DNA of 64,000 nt from Vicinamibacterales bacterium (GTDB taxonomy: Bacteria > Acidobacteriota > Vicinamibacteria > Vicinamibacterales > UBA8438), in NCBI GenBank assembly GCA_965261285.1, contig OZ253457.1:605221-669220 (forward strand). Direction: 5' to 3'. The notes beneath the pieces are model-generated. The model had not been told where the DNA came from. It did not search any database and saw only the letters and a program-made list of their open reading frames with translations. The position numbers and the translations under genes were made by a program. Shown here in pieces: positions 48,921-58,384 of the stretch; position 1 is the first letter of the stretch; each line of letters begins with the position of its first letter.

Positions 48921-50351
48921 GTGAGCGACCAGCAGCGCGCCACGAGCGCGGTCGTGGACTTCGTCGGCCGGGCCCGCTGGGAGGACTTCCCGCAGGAGGC
49001 CGTCCGCATCGCGAAGCGATGCGTCATCGACGGGCTCGGCGTCATGCTGGCCGGGTCGACGCAGGACGCCGGCCGCATCCTGCGCGGCTACGTCCGGACC
49101 GTCGACGGGAAGCCGGAGTCGACCGCGTTCGGCCCCGAGCCGTTCAGGAGCGGCGCGTCCTCGGCGGCGCTGCTCAACGGGACGAGCGGCCATGCGCTGG
49201 ACTGGGACGACACCCAGCTCGCGACCAGCGCCGACCGGATCTTCGGGCTGCTGACCCACCCGACGGTGCCGCCGATGGTCGCGGCGCTGGCCATCGGCGA
49301 GCGGCAGCAGGCGTCCGGCAAGGCGTTCCTCGAGGCGTTCCTCACCGGCTTCGAGGTCGAGTGCAAGATCGCCGAGGCCATCAGTCCCGCCCACTACCGG
49401 AAGGGGTTCCACTCGTCCGGCACCGTCGGCACGTTCGGCGCGGCGGTCGCCGCCGCGAAGCTGCTGGGCCTCGACGGCGACCGGATCGCGCACACGCTGG
49501 CCATCGCGGCGAGCTCGGCCTCGGGCATCCGCGTGAACTTCGGGTCGATGACCAAGCCGCTGCACGTGGGCCGGGCGTCGCAGAACGGGGTGGTTGCGGC
49601 CGAGCTCGCGGCGAGGGGCTTCACGGGCGGCGGGGACGCCCTCGATCCGCCGTGGGGCTTCTTCCAGGCCTTCAGCCACGGCGAGGGCTTCGACGCCGAC
49701 CGCATCGTCGGCAAGCTCGGCGACCCGCACACGATCGTGTGGCCCGGGGTGTCCATCAAGCCGTACCCGTGCGGCGTGCTCGGGCATCCGACGATGGACG
49801 CCATGCGGCGGCTGGTGATGGCGCATGACGTGCAGCCCGAGGCCATCGTCGCCATTCGCGTGCGCGCCGGGTCCAACATCCTCAATCCGCTGCGGTACCC
49901 CATCGCCACCAACGAGCTCGAGGCGAAGTTCTGCCCGGCGTTCATGGTGGGCGCCATCGCGCTCCGGCGGAAGGCGGGCATCCGCGAGTTCAACGACGAG
50001 TTCGTCCAGAGCGCGCCGGTGCAGGCGATGATGCGGAAGGTGGAGCGCGTGCTCGACCCCGAGATCGATGCGCAGGGCTGGGAGAAGATCCGCAGCACCG
50101 TCGAGGTCGATCTCGACGACGGCCGCACCCTCGTCGAGCCGGCCGACGAGCGCTACCGGGGCGGGCCCGACCTGCCGTTCACGCGGGAGGAGCTCCACGA
50201 GAAGTTCAGCGACTGCGCGTCGCTCGTGCTGCCGCCGTCGGCCATCGACGAGACCTTCGGCATGGTCGAGGCGCTCGAGGACCTGCCCGACGTGAGCCGG
50301 CTCTCCCGCGTCCTGAGCGCCGCCCCGGCGGCCGTGGCGCTGGCGCAATGA
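48921..50351 (+). CDS. MmgE/PrpD family protein
   Basis: NGTSGHALDWDD, THP, GFHSSGT, TKPLHVG, IKPYPC...HP. Confidence 0.92.
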   Translation: MSDQQRATSAVVDFVGRARWEDFPQEAVRIAKRCVIDGLGVMLAGSTQDAGRILRGYVRTVDGKPESTAFGPEPFRSGASSAALLNGTSGHALDWDDTQLATSADRIFGLLTHPTVPPMVAALAIGERQQASGKAFLEAFLTGFEVECKIAEAISPAHYRKGFHSSGTVGTFGAAVAAAKLLGLDGDRIAHTLAIAASSASGIRVNFGSMTKPLHVGRASQNGVVAAELAARGFTGGGDALDPPWGFFQAFSHGEGFDADRIVGKLGDPHTIVWPGVSIKPYPCGVLGHPTMDAMRRLVMAHDVQPEAIVAIRVRAGSNILNPLRYPIATNELEAKFCPAFMVGAIALRRKAGIREFNDEFVQSAPVQAMMRKVERVLDPEIDAQGWEKIRSTVEVDLDDGRTLVEPADERYRGGPDLPFTREELHEKFSDCASLVLPPSAIDETFGMVEALEDLPDVSRLSRVLSAAPAAVALAQ

Positions 50352-51589
50352 CCCTTGCGTGGGCCTCGGTCGCGGCGCTCGTCGTGGCCGTCGCGCTGAG
50401 CGTCCTCACCAAGATAAACGTCGGCATCCTGTCGCTGGCCATGGCCTGGCTGGTGGGGGTGTACCTGGGCGGGATGTCGGTCAACGCCGTCCTGTCGGGC
50501 TTCCCCGTGCCGCTGCTGGTCACGCTCGTCGGCGTGACGCTGCTGTTCAGCATGGCCGACACCAACGGCACCCTGTCCCGGCTGACGGGGCGGGCGGTCC
50601 GGCTCTGCCGCGGGAACGCGGGGCTGCTGCCCCTCATGTTCTTCGCCCTGGGCGTGGTGGTGTCGACCATCGGCCCCGGCGGCACCCCGGCCAGCGCCCT
50701 GCTGGCGGCGCCCGCGATGGCCGTCGCGGGGCGGGCGGGCATATCGCCGCTGCTGATGGCGATCATGACCGGCAACGGCGCGCTGGCGGGCACGCTGTCG
50801 CCGTTCGCGCCCGGCGGCGTCATCGCCAACGACGTGATGGCGCGCATCGGCCTCGGCGGCCTCGAGTGGCAGACCTACGGGTACAACGTGCTGGCGCACG
50901 TGATCGTGGGATCCGGCGGCTTCGTGCTGTTCGGCGGCCTGAGGCTCTTTCGCAGGCGCGGGGGAGACGCCGCAGCCGCGGAGCCGGACGTCGAACCCTT
51001 CGAGCGCAGGCACTGGCTGACCATCGCCGGCATCTCGGCCCTGATCGTCGCGGTCGTCGGGTTCGATGCGCACGTGGGCCTGACGGCGGTCTTCATCGCC
51101 GCGATGCTCACCCTCCTCGGGAGCGTCGACGAGCAGCAGGCCATTCGGCGCATGCCGTGGGGCGTGATCCTGATGGTGACCGGGGTGACGGTGCTGATCT
51201 CGCTCATGCAGGAGACCCAGGGCATGGACCTGTTCACGAGCGGGCTCGCCGGCATCTCCACCTCGGAGACGGTGGTGCCGACCATGGCGTTCGGGACCGG
51301 CCTGATATCGGTGTACAGCAGCACGTCCGGCGTGGTCATGCCGGCGTTCCTGCCGATGGTGCCGGACCTCGCGCAGCAGGTCGGCGCCGTCGAGCCGGTC
51401 AATCTGGCGTGGTCGATCACCGTGGGCGGCGGGCTCGTCGATCTCTCGGCGCTCTCCACCGTGGGCGCCCTGTTCCTGGCCGCGGCGCCTCCCGGCACCG
51501 ACACGCGCGCGCTGTTCAACGCGCTCCTCGCGTGGGGGCTCTCGATGTCGGTGGTCGGCGCCGCGCTCTGCTGGTTGCTGTTCGGGTAG
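50348..51589 (+). CDS. SLC13/ArsB-NhaD superfamily permease (dicarboxylate-type)
   Basis: About 11 hydrophobic helices. INVG, NGTL, SP..PGG, YSSTSGVV.P, S.LST.GA. Confidence 0.8.
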   Translation: MTLAWASVAALVVAVALSVLTKINVGILSLAMAWLVGVYLGGMSVNAVLSGFPVPLLVTLVGVTLLFSMADTNGTLSRLTGRAVRLCRGNAGLLPLMFFALGVVVSTIGPGGTPASALLAAPAMAVAGRAGISPLLMAIMTGNGALAGTLSPFAPGGVIANDVMARIGLGGLEWQTYGYNVLAHVIVGSGGFVLFGGLRLFRRRGGDAAAAEPDVEPFERRHWLTIAGISALIVAVVGFDAHVGLTAVFIAAMLTLLGSVDEQQAIRRMPWGVILMVTGVTVLISLMQETQGMDLFTSGLAGISTSETVVPTMAFGTGLISVYSSTSGVVMPAFLPMVPDLAQQVGAVEPVNLAWSITVGGGLVDLSALSTVGALFLAAAPPGTDTRALFNALLAWGLSMSVVGAALCWLLFG

Positions 51590-51724
51590 GCGTCTGCGCC
51601 GTGGAACGGTGCCGGCTCCCGGCAGGGTTGGTCGGGCGGCCATCCTCGCGGCGCAGAGGCCCGCGCCAACGAGACTTCCGAGGCGACCGCAAGGTCGCCC
51701 GGCGACGATTGGGGGGGCTGACCC

Positions 51725-52720
51725 ATGCGCGTCGCGATTCTCGACGACATTCACCAGGCGTGGGAAGGTACCGAAGGCGTGCGCCGGCTGCGCGAGCGCG
51801 CCGAGGTGCAGGTGTTCACGGCGCCGTTCGGCGATCCGGCAGCGCTGCGCGGTTTCGATGCGCTGATTGCCAACCGCGAGCGGACGCGGTTCGACCGCAC
51901 ATTGCTCGAGCAGCTCTCGGACGTGCGGATCCTGGTGCAGACCGGCAACCACGCGAGCCATGTCGACTTCGCCGCGGCGCACGACTGCGGCATCCGCGTC
52001 GCCAGGGCGTCGGCCGGGTACTCGATCGGCGCCGCCGAGCTCACGTTCGGCCTGGCGATGGCGGTGATGCGGCAGATCCCGGCCAGCGATGCCGCCCTCA
52101 GACGGGGGGCGTGGCCGGCGCCGTCGACGCCGGTCCTGCACGGCAAGACCCTGGGGGTCGTGGGCCTCGGGAGAATCGGCCGGCACGTCGCGCAGCTCGG
52201 AAAGGCGTTCGGGATGCGGGTCGCCGCCTGGAGTCGCACGCTGACCGACGAGGCGTCGGCCGCCGCCGGCGCCGAGCGGCGCGAGCTCGACGACCTGCTG
52301 TGCGAGGCGGACGTCGTGACGATTCACGTGTCGCTGTCGCCGTCCTCGCGCGGCCTGCTCGACGCGCGGCGCATCGCCCTGATGAAGCCGACCGCGTTCC
52401 TCATCAACACCGCGCGAGGCCCGATCGTCGACGAGGCGGCCCTGGTCGACGCCCTCGCGGCGGGGCGCATCGCCGGCGCAGGCCTCGACGTCTTCGACCG
52501 GGAGCCTCTGCCGCCCGGGCATCCGCTCACGACGCTCGCGAACGTCGTGCTCACGCCCCACATCGGCTGGCCGACCGACGACGGCTACCGGCGATTCGCC
52601 GCGGCGGCATGCGACGTGCTGCTCGACTACATGGCCGGCCGTCCCGTGCCGGCGTTCAAGGACACTGAGACTCCGCGGTCGGTCAGGGCCCGGGCGCGTC
52701 GACGAGGCGGCCCCCGGTGA
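51725..52720 (+). CDS. D-2-hydroxyacid dehydrogenase family protein
   Basis: GVVGLGRIG, LINTARGPIVDE, GAGLDVF..EPL, LTPHIG. Confidence 0.93.
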   Translation: MRVAILDDIHQAWEGTEGVRRLRERAEVQVFTAPFGDPAALRGFDALIANRERTRFDRTLLEQLSDVRILVQTGNHASHVDFAAAHDCGIRVARASAGYSIGAAELTFGLAMAVMRQIPASDAALRRGAWPAPSTPVLHGKTLGVVGLGRIGRHVAQLGKAFGMRVAAWSRTLTDEASAAAGAERRELDDLLCEADVVTIHVSLSPSSRGLLDARRIALMKPTAFLINTARGPIVDEAALVDALAAGRIAGAGLDVFDREPLPPGHPLTTLANVVLTPHIGWPTDDGYRRFAAAACDVLLDYMAGRPVPAFKDTETPRSVRARARRRGGPR

Positions 52721-53146
52721 CGAACCTCCGGTAGTTCGAGAACTGCTGCGTGCGGAAGTACCGGGGAATGAACGCCCCACCCTCGATGGCCCAGTTGCGC
52801 TCGATCGACCGGGGGAGCATCAACGTCTCGTCGGGGTCCTCGAACGCGACGCGCTCGTAGCGGGTGGTGGTGTCGTCCCGCTGCAGCCGGCTCCAGCGTC
52901 GGCTGCCCTGCGGGCGGTCGAGCGGCTCGCGGAACTCGAACGGCCGGGTCAGGTGCTCGTCGAGGCGCAGCACGTCGCCCGAGCCCACGTCCACCCAGGC
53001 GTCGCCGCCGTACCAGCCCTCGAGATCGATGTGGGCGCAGTCGCCGTCCCACTCGACCTCGCCCGGCTGCGCGTCGATCGGCGTGAAGGACAGCCTCGCG
53101 ACGGGACGCCCGTCGACGACCTCCACGTCGCGCAGCCGGAAGTCGA
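52683..53146 (-). pseudogene. Orphan 3' copy (~153 codons) of the gene at 58385-59266, left direct repeat of the island
   Basis: Near-identical to 58385-58848 (offset 5702 bp). Stop TGA versus TAG. Confidence 0.92.
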
Positions 53147-53574
53147 CCGGTGCGGAGCACGCCTTGGACGGTCGACGGAGATGCGGCGGCAGAACCGCTT
53201 CGGGCAGCGGAGCCGGGGTTGGTTGACGCTCCACGGAAGAGCGAAAAGCCACGACGCGCCCGCGCACACTACCGGGTGCTGCGGCGGCTCTCGGTGCCTA
53301 CGTCGAGGCAGCCGGGCTCGAGGAGCGGGAGATGGCGCTCCTCCAGAGCGTGGAACCCGGCGGCGCGCCGGCTGCCGGGCCGGGCGCTCGATCGGCGGGT
53401 GGTGCTGGCGATGATCAAGCGGCGCGCCCCGGCGGCGGCTCCCGCCCTCGACACGCTGCCACACGTACCGCGCGACGGGGACCACGGGGGCACGCGTCGC
53501 CGAAGACGACGAAGCTCTACGACCGACCCGCAGACACCGTGACCGTCGACGAGATCGCGCGCATCGTGATCTGA
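53147..53574 (+). pseudogene. Tyrosine recombinase/integrase C-terminal remnant, multiple frameshifts
   Basis: Across frames: FGQRSRGWLTLH, GRALDRRVVLAMIKRRA, GHASPKTTKLYDR..DTVTVDEIARIVI (GH and catalytic Tyr box). Confidence 0.8.
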
Positions 53575-53660
53575 ACGGGTGCGAGCCCCGCGCGGTGTTG
53601 AGAGCGGCGGGAGGCCGCTAGCCGGCACCCGCCATCCGGTTCCCTGGGCTGCTGCCGGCC

Positions 53661-53697
53661 TTGACATCGGCGTCGGTGTTGCGCTATAAGTTAACAC
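53661..53697 (+). promoter_or_regulatory. Sigma70-like promoter and possible operator of the TAC operon
   Basis: TTGACA-N18-TATAAG. Inverted repeat GTGTT...AACAC straddles the -10. Confidence 0.6.
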
Positions 53698-53777
53698 ATT
53701 GCGTACCGCAACGCATTCCGAGGAGTGCTCTTCTGCGGCTGATTCGCACGCTTGGGCGTTCGGGGGATCGAGGTCGA

Positions 53778-54278
53778 GTGTTCATCTATGAGCGCCCGAA
53801 CGGGAGGCGTCCGGCAGAGCAGTTTCTGGATGGGCTCACTCACGGATTTCGGAAGAAGTTCTTCGGATCCTTCGACGCCCTCAAGCAGATGGGGCCTGAT
53901 TACCGGAACGCGCAGCGCTTCAAGGCGTTGCTTCGAGAAGGCAAGCCACTCTGGGAGTTCAAGGAATTCGACCATAGGCTCTACTGTCGCCGCCGCGTGT
54001 CGGGCGATCGGGTTGACGTCGTGCTTCTTCATGGATGGATCAAGGACAAGAAAGGTAAAACAAGTCGAGAACGCCGAGAGATAGACGTAGCCAAGCAGTT
54101 GCTGACGGAATTAGAGACTGGCGGTAGTTCAACACATGATATAGCGCAAGGAGGTTCACATGAACACCAAGTCGGTGTGGGATGCGCCGGACTTCGAGGT
54201 GCTTTCCGAGTCCGCTCTCGCACAGGCGCAGGCCGTCATTCAGAACGCGATGGATCAGACCTCCACCTCCCGGGCTGA
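53778..54278 (+). CDS. RelE/HigB (Gp49-like) toxin (start uncertain)
   Basis: YERPNGRRPAEQFLDGL, KPLWEFK, HRLY, VVLLHGWIK.K....REIDVAK. Confidence 0.8.
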   Translation: MFIYERPNGRRPAEQFLDGLTHGFRKKFFGSFDALKQMGPDYRNAQRFKALLREGKPLWEFKEFDHRLYCRRRVSGDRVDVVLLHGWIKDKKGKTSRERREIDVAKQLLTELETGGSSTHDIAQGGSHEHQVGVGCAGLRGAFRVRSRTGAGRHSERDGSDLHLPG

Positions 54279-54519
54279 CTTGGCCCGTGGCATGAAGAGG
54301 TCGCGGTCTTTTGTATCTCGCTTTCTGAGTGGTAGCCACAACTTGACGATTAAGACAATGGCTAGGGCGGCACTGGTATGTGGTTACGAGATCAAGTTCG
54401 GTCTCACGCCCTTACGACAGAGTCGGTTTATTGATGAACCGCAACATGACGACTGTTCGATGGAGATCGGAGGGGTGCCCGCGGAGGGCGCCCCTCGTTT
54501 TGCATCATGCCGAACATAA
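54160..54519 (+). CDS. XRE-HTH HigA-like antitoxin with C-terminal extension (putative ChAD)
   Basis: AGGAGG RBS. SRADLARGMKRSRSFVSRFLSGSHNLTIKTMA, then a ~35-aa tail. Confidence 0.85.
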   Translation: MNTKSVWDAPDFEVLSESALAQAQAVIQNAMDQTSTSRADLARGMKRSRSFVSRFLSGSHNLTIKTMARAALVCGYEIKFGLTPLRQSRFIDEPQHDDCSMEIGGVPAEGAPRFASCRT

Positions 54520-54538
54520 GCGTACGGGTGCTCCTAAG

Positions 54539-55054
54539 ATGACTAGCGATCCTCCTGTCGATCTCAAGGCTGTCGCGCGGGTGTCCACGCGGGTGCGCCT
54601 AAAGGCCATCCGTCTCACAGAAATCCGCGCTGCTCGTACGTCTAAGGACAGTGGCCCGCTGCAGTCTAGCCTTGAGCAAGAATGCACCCCGAGCACAATC
54701 ACAGATGATCTAGTTGAAGTTACCTGTTCTTATAGTTTCAAGTTCCGTTCAAGAGATTCTGATGTGGCGACAGCAACAATTGTGTACCACATCGACTACA
54801 CGCTAATCGGTGAGGCTCCCGTAGAAGAGTCCGACATTGAGCAATTTGCTCGTGCCAACGGCGCATACCACTCCTGGCCGTTCGTGCGCGAGGCGATCTA
54901 CGGTCTCACGTCCAAAATGGGGTTTAATGCGTATACGCTACCAGTGCTGTCGTTCTTAAAGAGCGAGCGACAGGTGCGACCGGAACGTCCTGATACAAGA
55001 GGTGCTGATCCTAAGTCGCCACCTTCCGGTCCTGGTGCTGAAAGCGACGAATAG
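54539..55054 (+). CDS. SecB-like chaperone
   Basis: FARANGAYHSWPFVREAIYGLTSKMGFNAYTLPVL matches the SecB C-terminal signature. Third gene of a toxin-antitoxin operon. Confidence 0.8.
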   Translation: MTSDPPVDLKAVARVSTRVRLKAIRLTEIRAARTSKDSGPLQSSLEQECTPSTITDDLVEVTCSYSFKFRSRDSDVATATIVYHIDYTLIGEAPVEESDIEQFARANGAYHSWPFVREAIYGLTSKMGFNAYTLPVLSFLKSERQVRPERPDTRGADPKSPPSGPGAESDE

Positions 55055-55194
55055 CCCCGCGTCCAGCGGTACGAACGTGGTGTGGGTGCCACCGGCCTCG
55101 CGGCGTAAAGAACACCATCGGACAGCGAAAAGGAGAGCGAGGTCACGGCTAGCAATCACACCGGAGCGGAGCCGAGAGCCCACTTGGAGACGAC

Positions 55195-55479
55195 ATGGCA
55201 GACGTTCAAATTACCTGTGTGAATAAACCCGATCGGAATAGCCCCCACGAGCGCATTACCCATGTTGGTGGAGCCGGTGGAGGTGGCTGGAAGTGGACCA
55301 CCGAACATGTCATCAGTAGTATCGAGAGCGGCACCAATACCTTCTTCGTCCGCGACGCGGTGGGACACCGGTCTAACGTAGCTATCGTTAACCCGGGCAC
55401 TGGCCGGCGGAAGTACCTGCGAACCCACGCAGATGGAGACTGGAATAATAACTTGCTTTCTCTGCCCGAATGTTCCTAA
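55195..55479 (+). CDS. DUF3892-like small protein
   Basis: QITCVNK...HERITHVGG, WKW, KYLRTHADG..NNNLLSLPEC. Confidence 0.8.
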   Translation: MADVQITCVNKPDRNSPHERITHVGGAGGGGWKWTTEHVISSIESGTNTFFVRDAVGHRSNVAIVNPGTGRRKYLRTHADGDWNNNLLSLPECS

Positions 55480-55780
55480 TCTAAAGGAGCACTGAGCTTA
55501 GCCGAAGAGAGCGTGGACCAGGCTTTCGGTGGCGCGTGGAGGAAGGGACGTGGGATTCACGAGGTGCCCCAATGGCTGCTGATGTGATCGCTATGGCAAG
55601 AGATTCTACGTACCGGAACGCATCCTCCGGCAAAGCTGTCGATTTCATGGAAGAGGGTGATCGTTTCTTGGTGCATCTGCGGAAGGAAGCGTGGCCGTTG
55701 GGTGCCAACGCAGGTTGTCGGTGTTGACGCCGGGGCCGGTCAACAACCAACCTGCCCCAAGAGGGAGGCGATGCGATCCA

Positions 55781-57195
55781 ATGCTAGTATGGGCCACCGA
55801 GTTTCCTGTCGCGTCGACTAGTGACTGTCGTGATGTGTTGAAAGTTGCGACGAATACCTTGGCTACGAGTCCGCACTCTCCTTGGCAGGCGGACAGTTTC
55901 GGTATCGGCGGGACCAATGAACTCAAGCGGCTGGAAATGGATGGCCATGTAGTCACTGTGGGGCATGGGGAATATGATTCGGGCGAGATAGCCGGTCTTC
56001 AACATCAGTGGGTTGAAAGATCGAGGCGTGAATGGGTAAACGAGATCGTCGGATGTGAGAATTCTGGCGGCACAGTGGTCTCAGTGCGCCTGCATTGCAA
56101 CCTATTGCGACCCGGTCTGCAATTCCCCGTACCAAAGAAACCGTTCGTTGTCCGCCGGCTTCTGAAGGACTTGGGCGGCGGCGACGATTCCTGGCTGGTA
56201 GTCCAAGACCAGCCGCATCGGCTAGCGGAGGCGGATGTAGACGATGCCGCAAGTTTGGTCAATGGAACTTCGCTCGTGCGGCTACCTGTTGTATACGTAA
56301 GTGCGGGACGGGGCTGGCAGCCCTTTGTCGACGCGGACGAGCTCGCGGCTTGGCTTGGCGGCATGGCGCATGTCGTAGTCGAGCCCTCAAGATATTTCTC
56401 ATTTGCCTTGGCACGGAACACGAGGCGGGCAAACGCATACGGAGGTGCGGTAAGTATCTATTGGCCGCGAGCCGCGGCAGCGCAAGTGAGATACTTGCGG
56501 CGTTGTTTCGAGATTCCGCTGAGATGCAGCGCGTAGTTGCTGCTCGTGTTCGACAGGCTCTGACGCAGATCAGACCAGCATCGCCTTGCACATTCCAGCA
56601 CCTACAAGAACTCACCTCTCGCGCTCAAGTGGCGCGATTGCGGGCGGAGGGCTCCACAGCTGTTCAGGACTATGTCGCGGCTTTCGATGCCGAAATCGCG
56701 GCTAAGGATGAGCGTCTGGCGGTTATGGAGCGGGAGTTGCAGCGACTGCGCGCAGAAATATGCAGGTACGAGCACTCGGGAGGAGAATTGGGCGACAGCA
56801 CTATCAGCATGAGCCACGGCGACGAGAGAGAGTTTTATGTCGGCGAGCGACGAGACGCGGTAATGGCTGCGCTAGACCGGGGTCGCCAGTACCTGACGGA
56901 GAATGGCCGGCGGGCACATTTGGTAGAGGACATTGTGCGCGCCAACGAAGCAACTGATGTTGGAGCGGATCTGGAGGCCAGTATAAAGGATACGTTTGCA
57001 AAGACCGGCGACCTTGGCCAAAGCCAACGCCGGACGCTGGAAGATTTGGGATTTGTAATTGAGAAGGCGGGTAAGCACTGGAAAGTAGTTTACCACGGCG
57101 ATGAACGCTACATGTTCGCGGTGGGATGCACAGGCAGTGATCATCGTGCGGGCAAAAACCTCGCGAGCACGATAGTTAAGAAGCTTCTCAAATGA
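55781..57195 (+). pseudogene. Frameshift-split hypothetical protein: N-terminal domain, coiled coil, HicA-like C-terminus
   Basis: ORF 55781-56536 (LPVVYVS, GMAHVVVEP, AYGGAVSIYWP) continues in another frame from ~56500 to 57195 (coiled coil, LGF...GKHWK...SDHRAGKNL). Confidence 0.7.
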
Positions 57196-57266
57196 TGCGT
57201 GGGGATGGTTGTTGGAAACGGGTAGTTCACGGTGCTTGTCGTCGAGGGCCAGCGTGTCCCAAGGCA

Positions 57267-57848
57267 TTAGTGCCGGCGCAAGAATAACTTCCCATTTGTC
57301 ACATGGGTTCGATGGTGTAGTTGCATTTCGGCATGACGTCGTTTGGTGTGATGCGCAGCTCTCGCATTTGGACGCCGGTGATCTTGACACCGGTCTCGTA
57401 GGTCTTCCGCACGACGTGGGCGCGGACCCGCAGTCCGGCGGAGGTGCGTGTGGTGCGCAGGTACTTCAGGATGGTCTCGAAGCTGTCGAGCGATCCGCTG
57501 GCCCAGTTCTTGCTGAGAACAGGCCATGTTCAATGGGGTTCCACTTCGAAGTGGCCGGCGGGTAGTGGGCCACGGTCACCGGCAAGCCGTGCTGGTTGCA
57601 GAGGCGATGTTGCGGGTTGAACTTCCAGGCGCGCGCCGTGCGGCTGTTGCTGCCGCCGCCGTCGGCCAGGATCTGCAGGGTCGTGGCGTCGGGATAGCGC
57701 TTGCGGCCCTTGGTGCACCACCACTTCTCGATGCAATTGACGGCGAACGCCGGGGTGTCGGCGGTTCGGCCGACGAAGACGGTGCCGGCATTGGCGCGGG
57801 GGGTCGTAATGCCGTAGGGGATGGCGACCCCTCGGCGTCGGACCGACG
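57267..57848 (-). mobile_element. ISAzo13-family transposase 3' remnant with probable terminal sequence
   Basis: AIPYGI, DTPAFAV..IEKWW, ADGGGSN, HYPP.TSKWNPIEH, YETGVK, NYTIEP. End GGGAAGTTATTCTTGCGC. Confidence 0.85.
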
Positions 57849-58384
57849 AAGGGGCCGGCGCCCCGCGAGTGCTCGTGGGCCATCAGCGTGTTCCAGATCC
57901 GGCACTGCTCGTCGGTCTCCAGGCGCAGCAGCACCAAGTCCCCGAGCTCGCCGACGGTGGCGGGCCTGTCAATCGCCGGCGGCACGGGGTGCGGAAGCAC
58001 CAGCGGACGCAGAGGGCCGCCGCGCGGGGACTGGCCCCGGGAGTGGCCCCGCGGCAGTGCGATGTGGCCCGGCGAGTCGAGGTCGGCCAACGGCGCACGG
58101 CAGCTCGCGCCCTGCTACGGGCGGCGTCCATCGCGGAAACCGAGCGCTTCGCAGACGCGGTCGGCGACCTGCCGATGCCGCAAACGCCCTGCGATGCCGC
58201 GCCGTCCAACGCGTCGCGCAGTTTGCTCAGGTCACCGCGCGGGCTGAGCCCAACTTGATTCTGAGTCTCCATGCCCGCCACCGTAGCGAGGTGGCTTCAT
58301 GAAGTCCAGGAAAATATGGGGCACGGGCAGTTCGCGGCGAGCGCGCGGCGCCTGCGCGCCCGCGATGCCTGGATCGGCTGGGAG
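57849..58384 (-). mobile_element. DUF4338-containing (IS4-type) transposase remnant, partly inverted
   Basis: Minus strand GHIALP...RIWNTLMAHEH.RGAGP.VG. Plus strand 58329-58384 FAASARRLRARDAWIGW. Confidence 0.65.

Larger units (their letters stand above)
53147..58384. mobile_element. Degenerate integrative island / defence cassette bounded by ~460-bp direct repeats
   Basis: Flanking repeats, integrase remnant at the left edge, markedly lower GC at ~53660-57300, transposase debris at the right. Confidence 0.75.

Noticed and set aside
44433-50348. Very long antisense or alternate-frame ORFs (e.g. 1971 aa here, 1306 aa at 3794-7714, 1165 aa at 11738-15235)
   Set aside because: They shadow well-supported genes, are Arg/Pro/Gly-rich with no motifs, and are expected in high-GC DNA.
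55536-55727. 63-aa ORF between DUF3892 and the split gene
   Set aside because: Weak start and no motif. Cannot distinguish a remnant from a chance ORF.
57849-58384. Druantia (DruA/DUF4338) defence system
   Set aside because: Only a broken fragment in transposase context, with no DruE helicase or other Dru genes.
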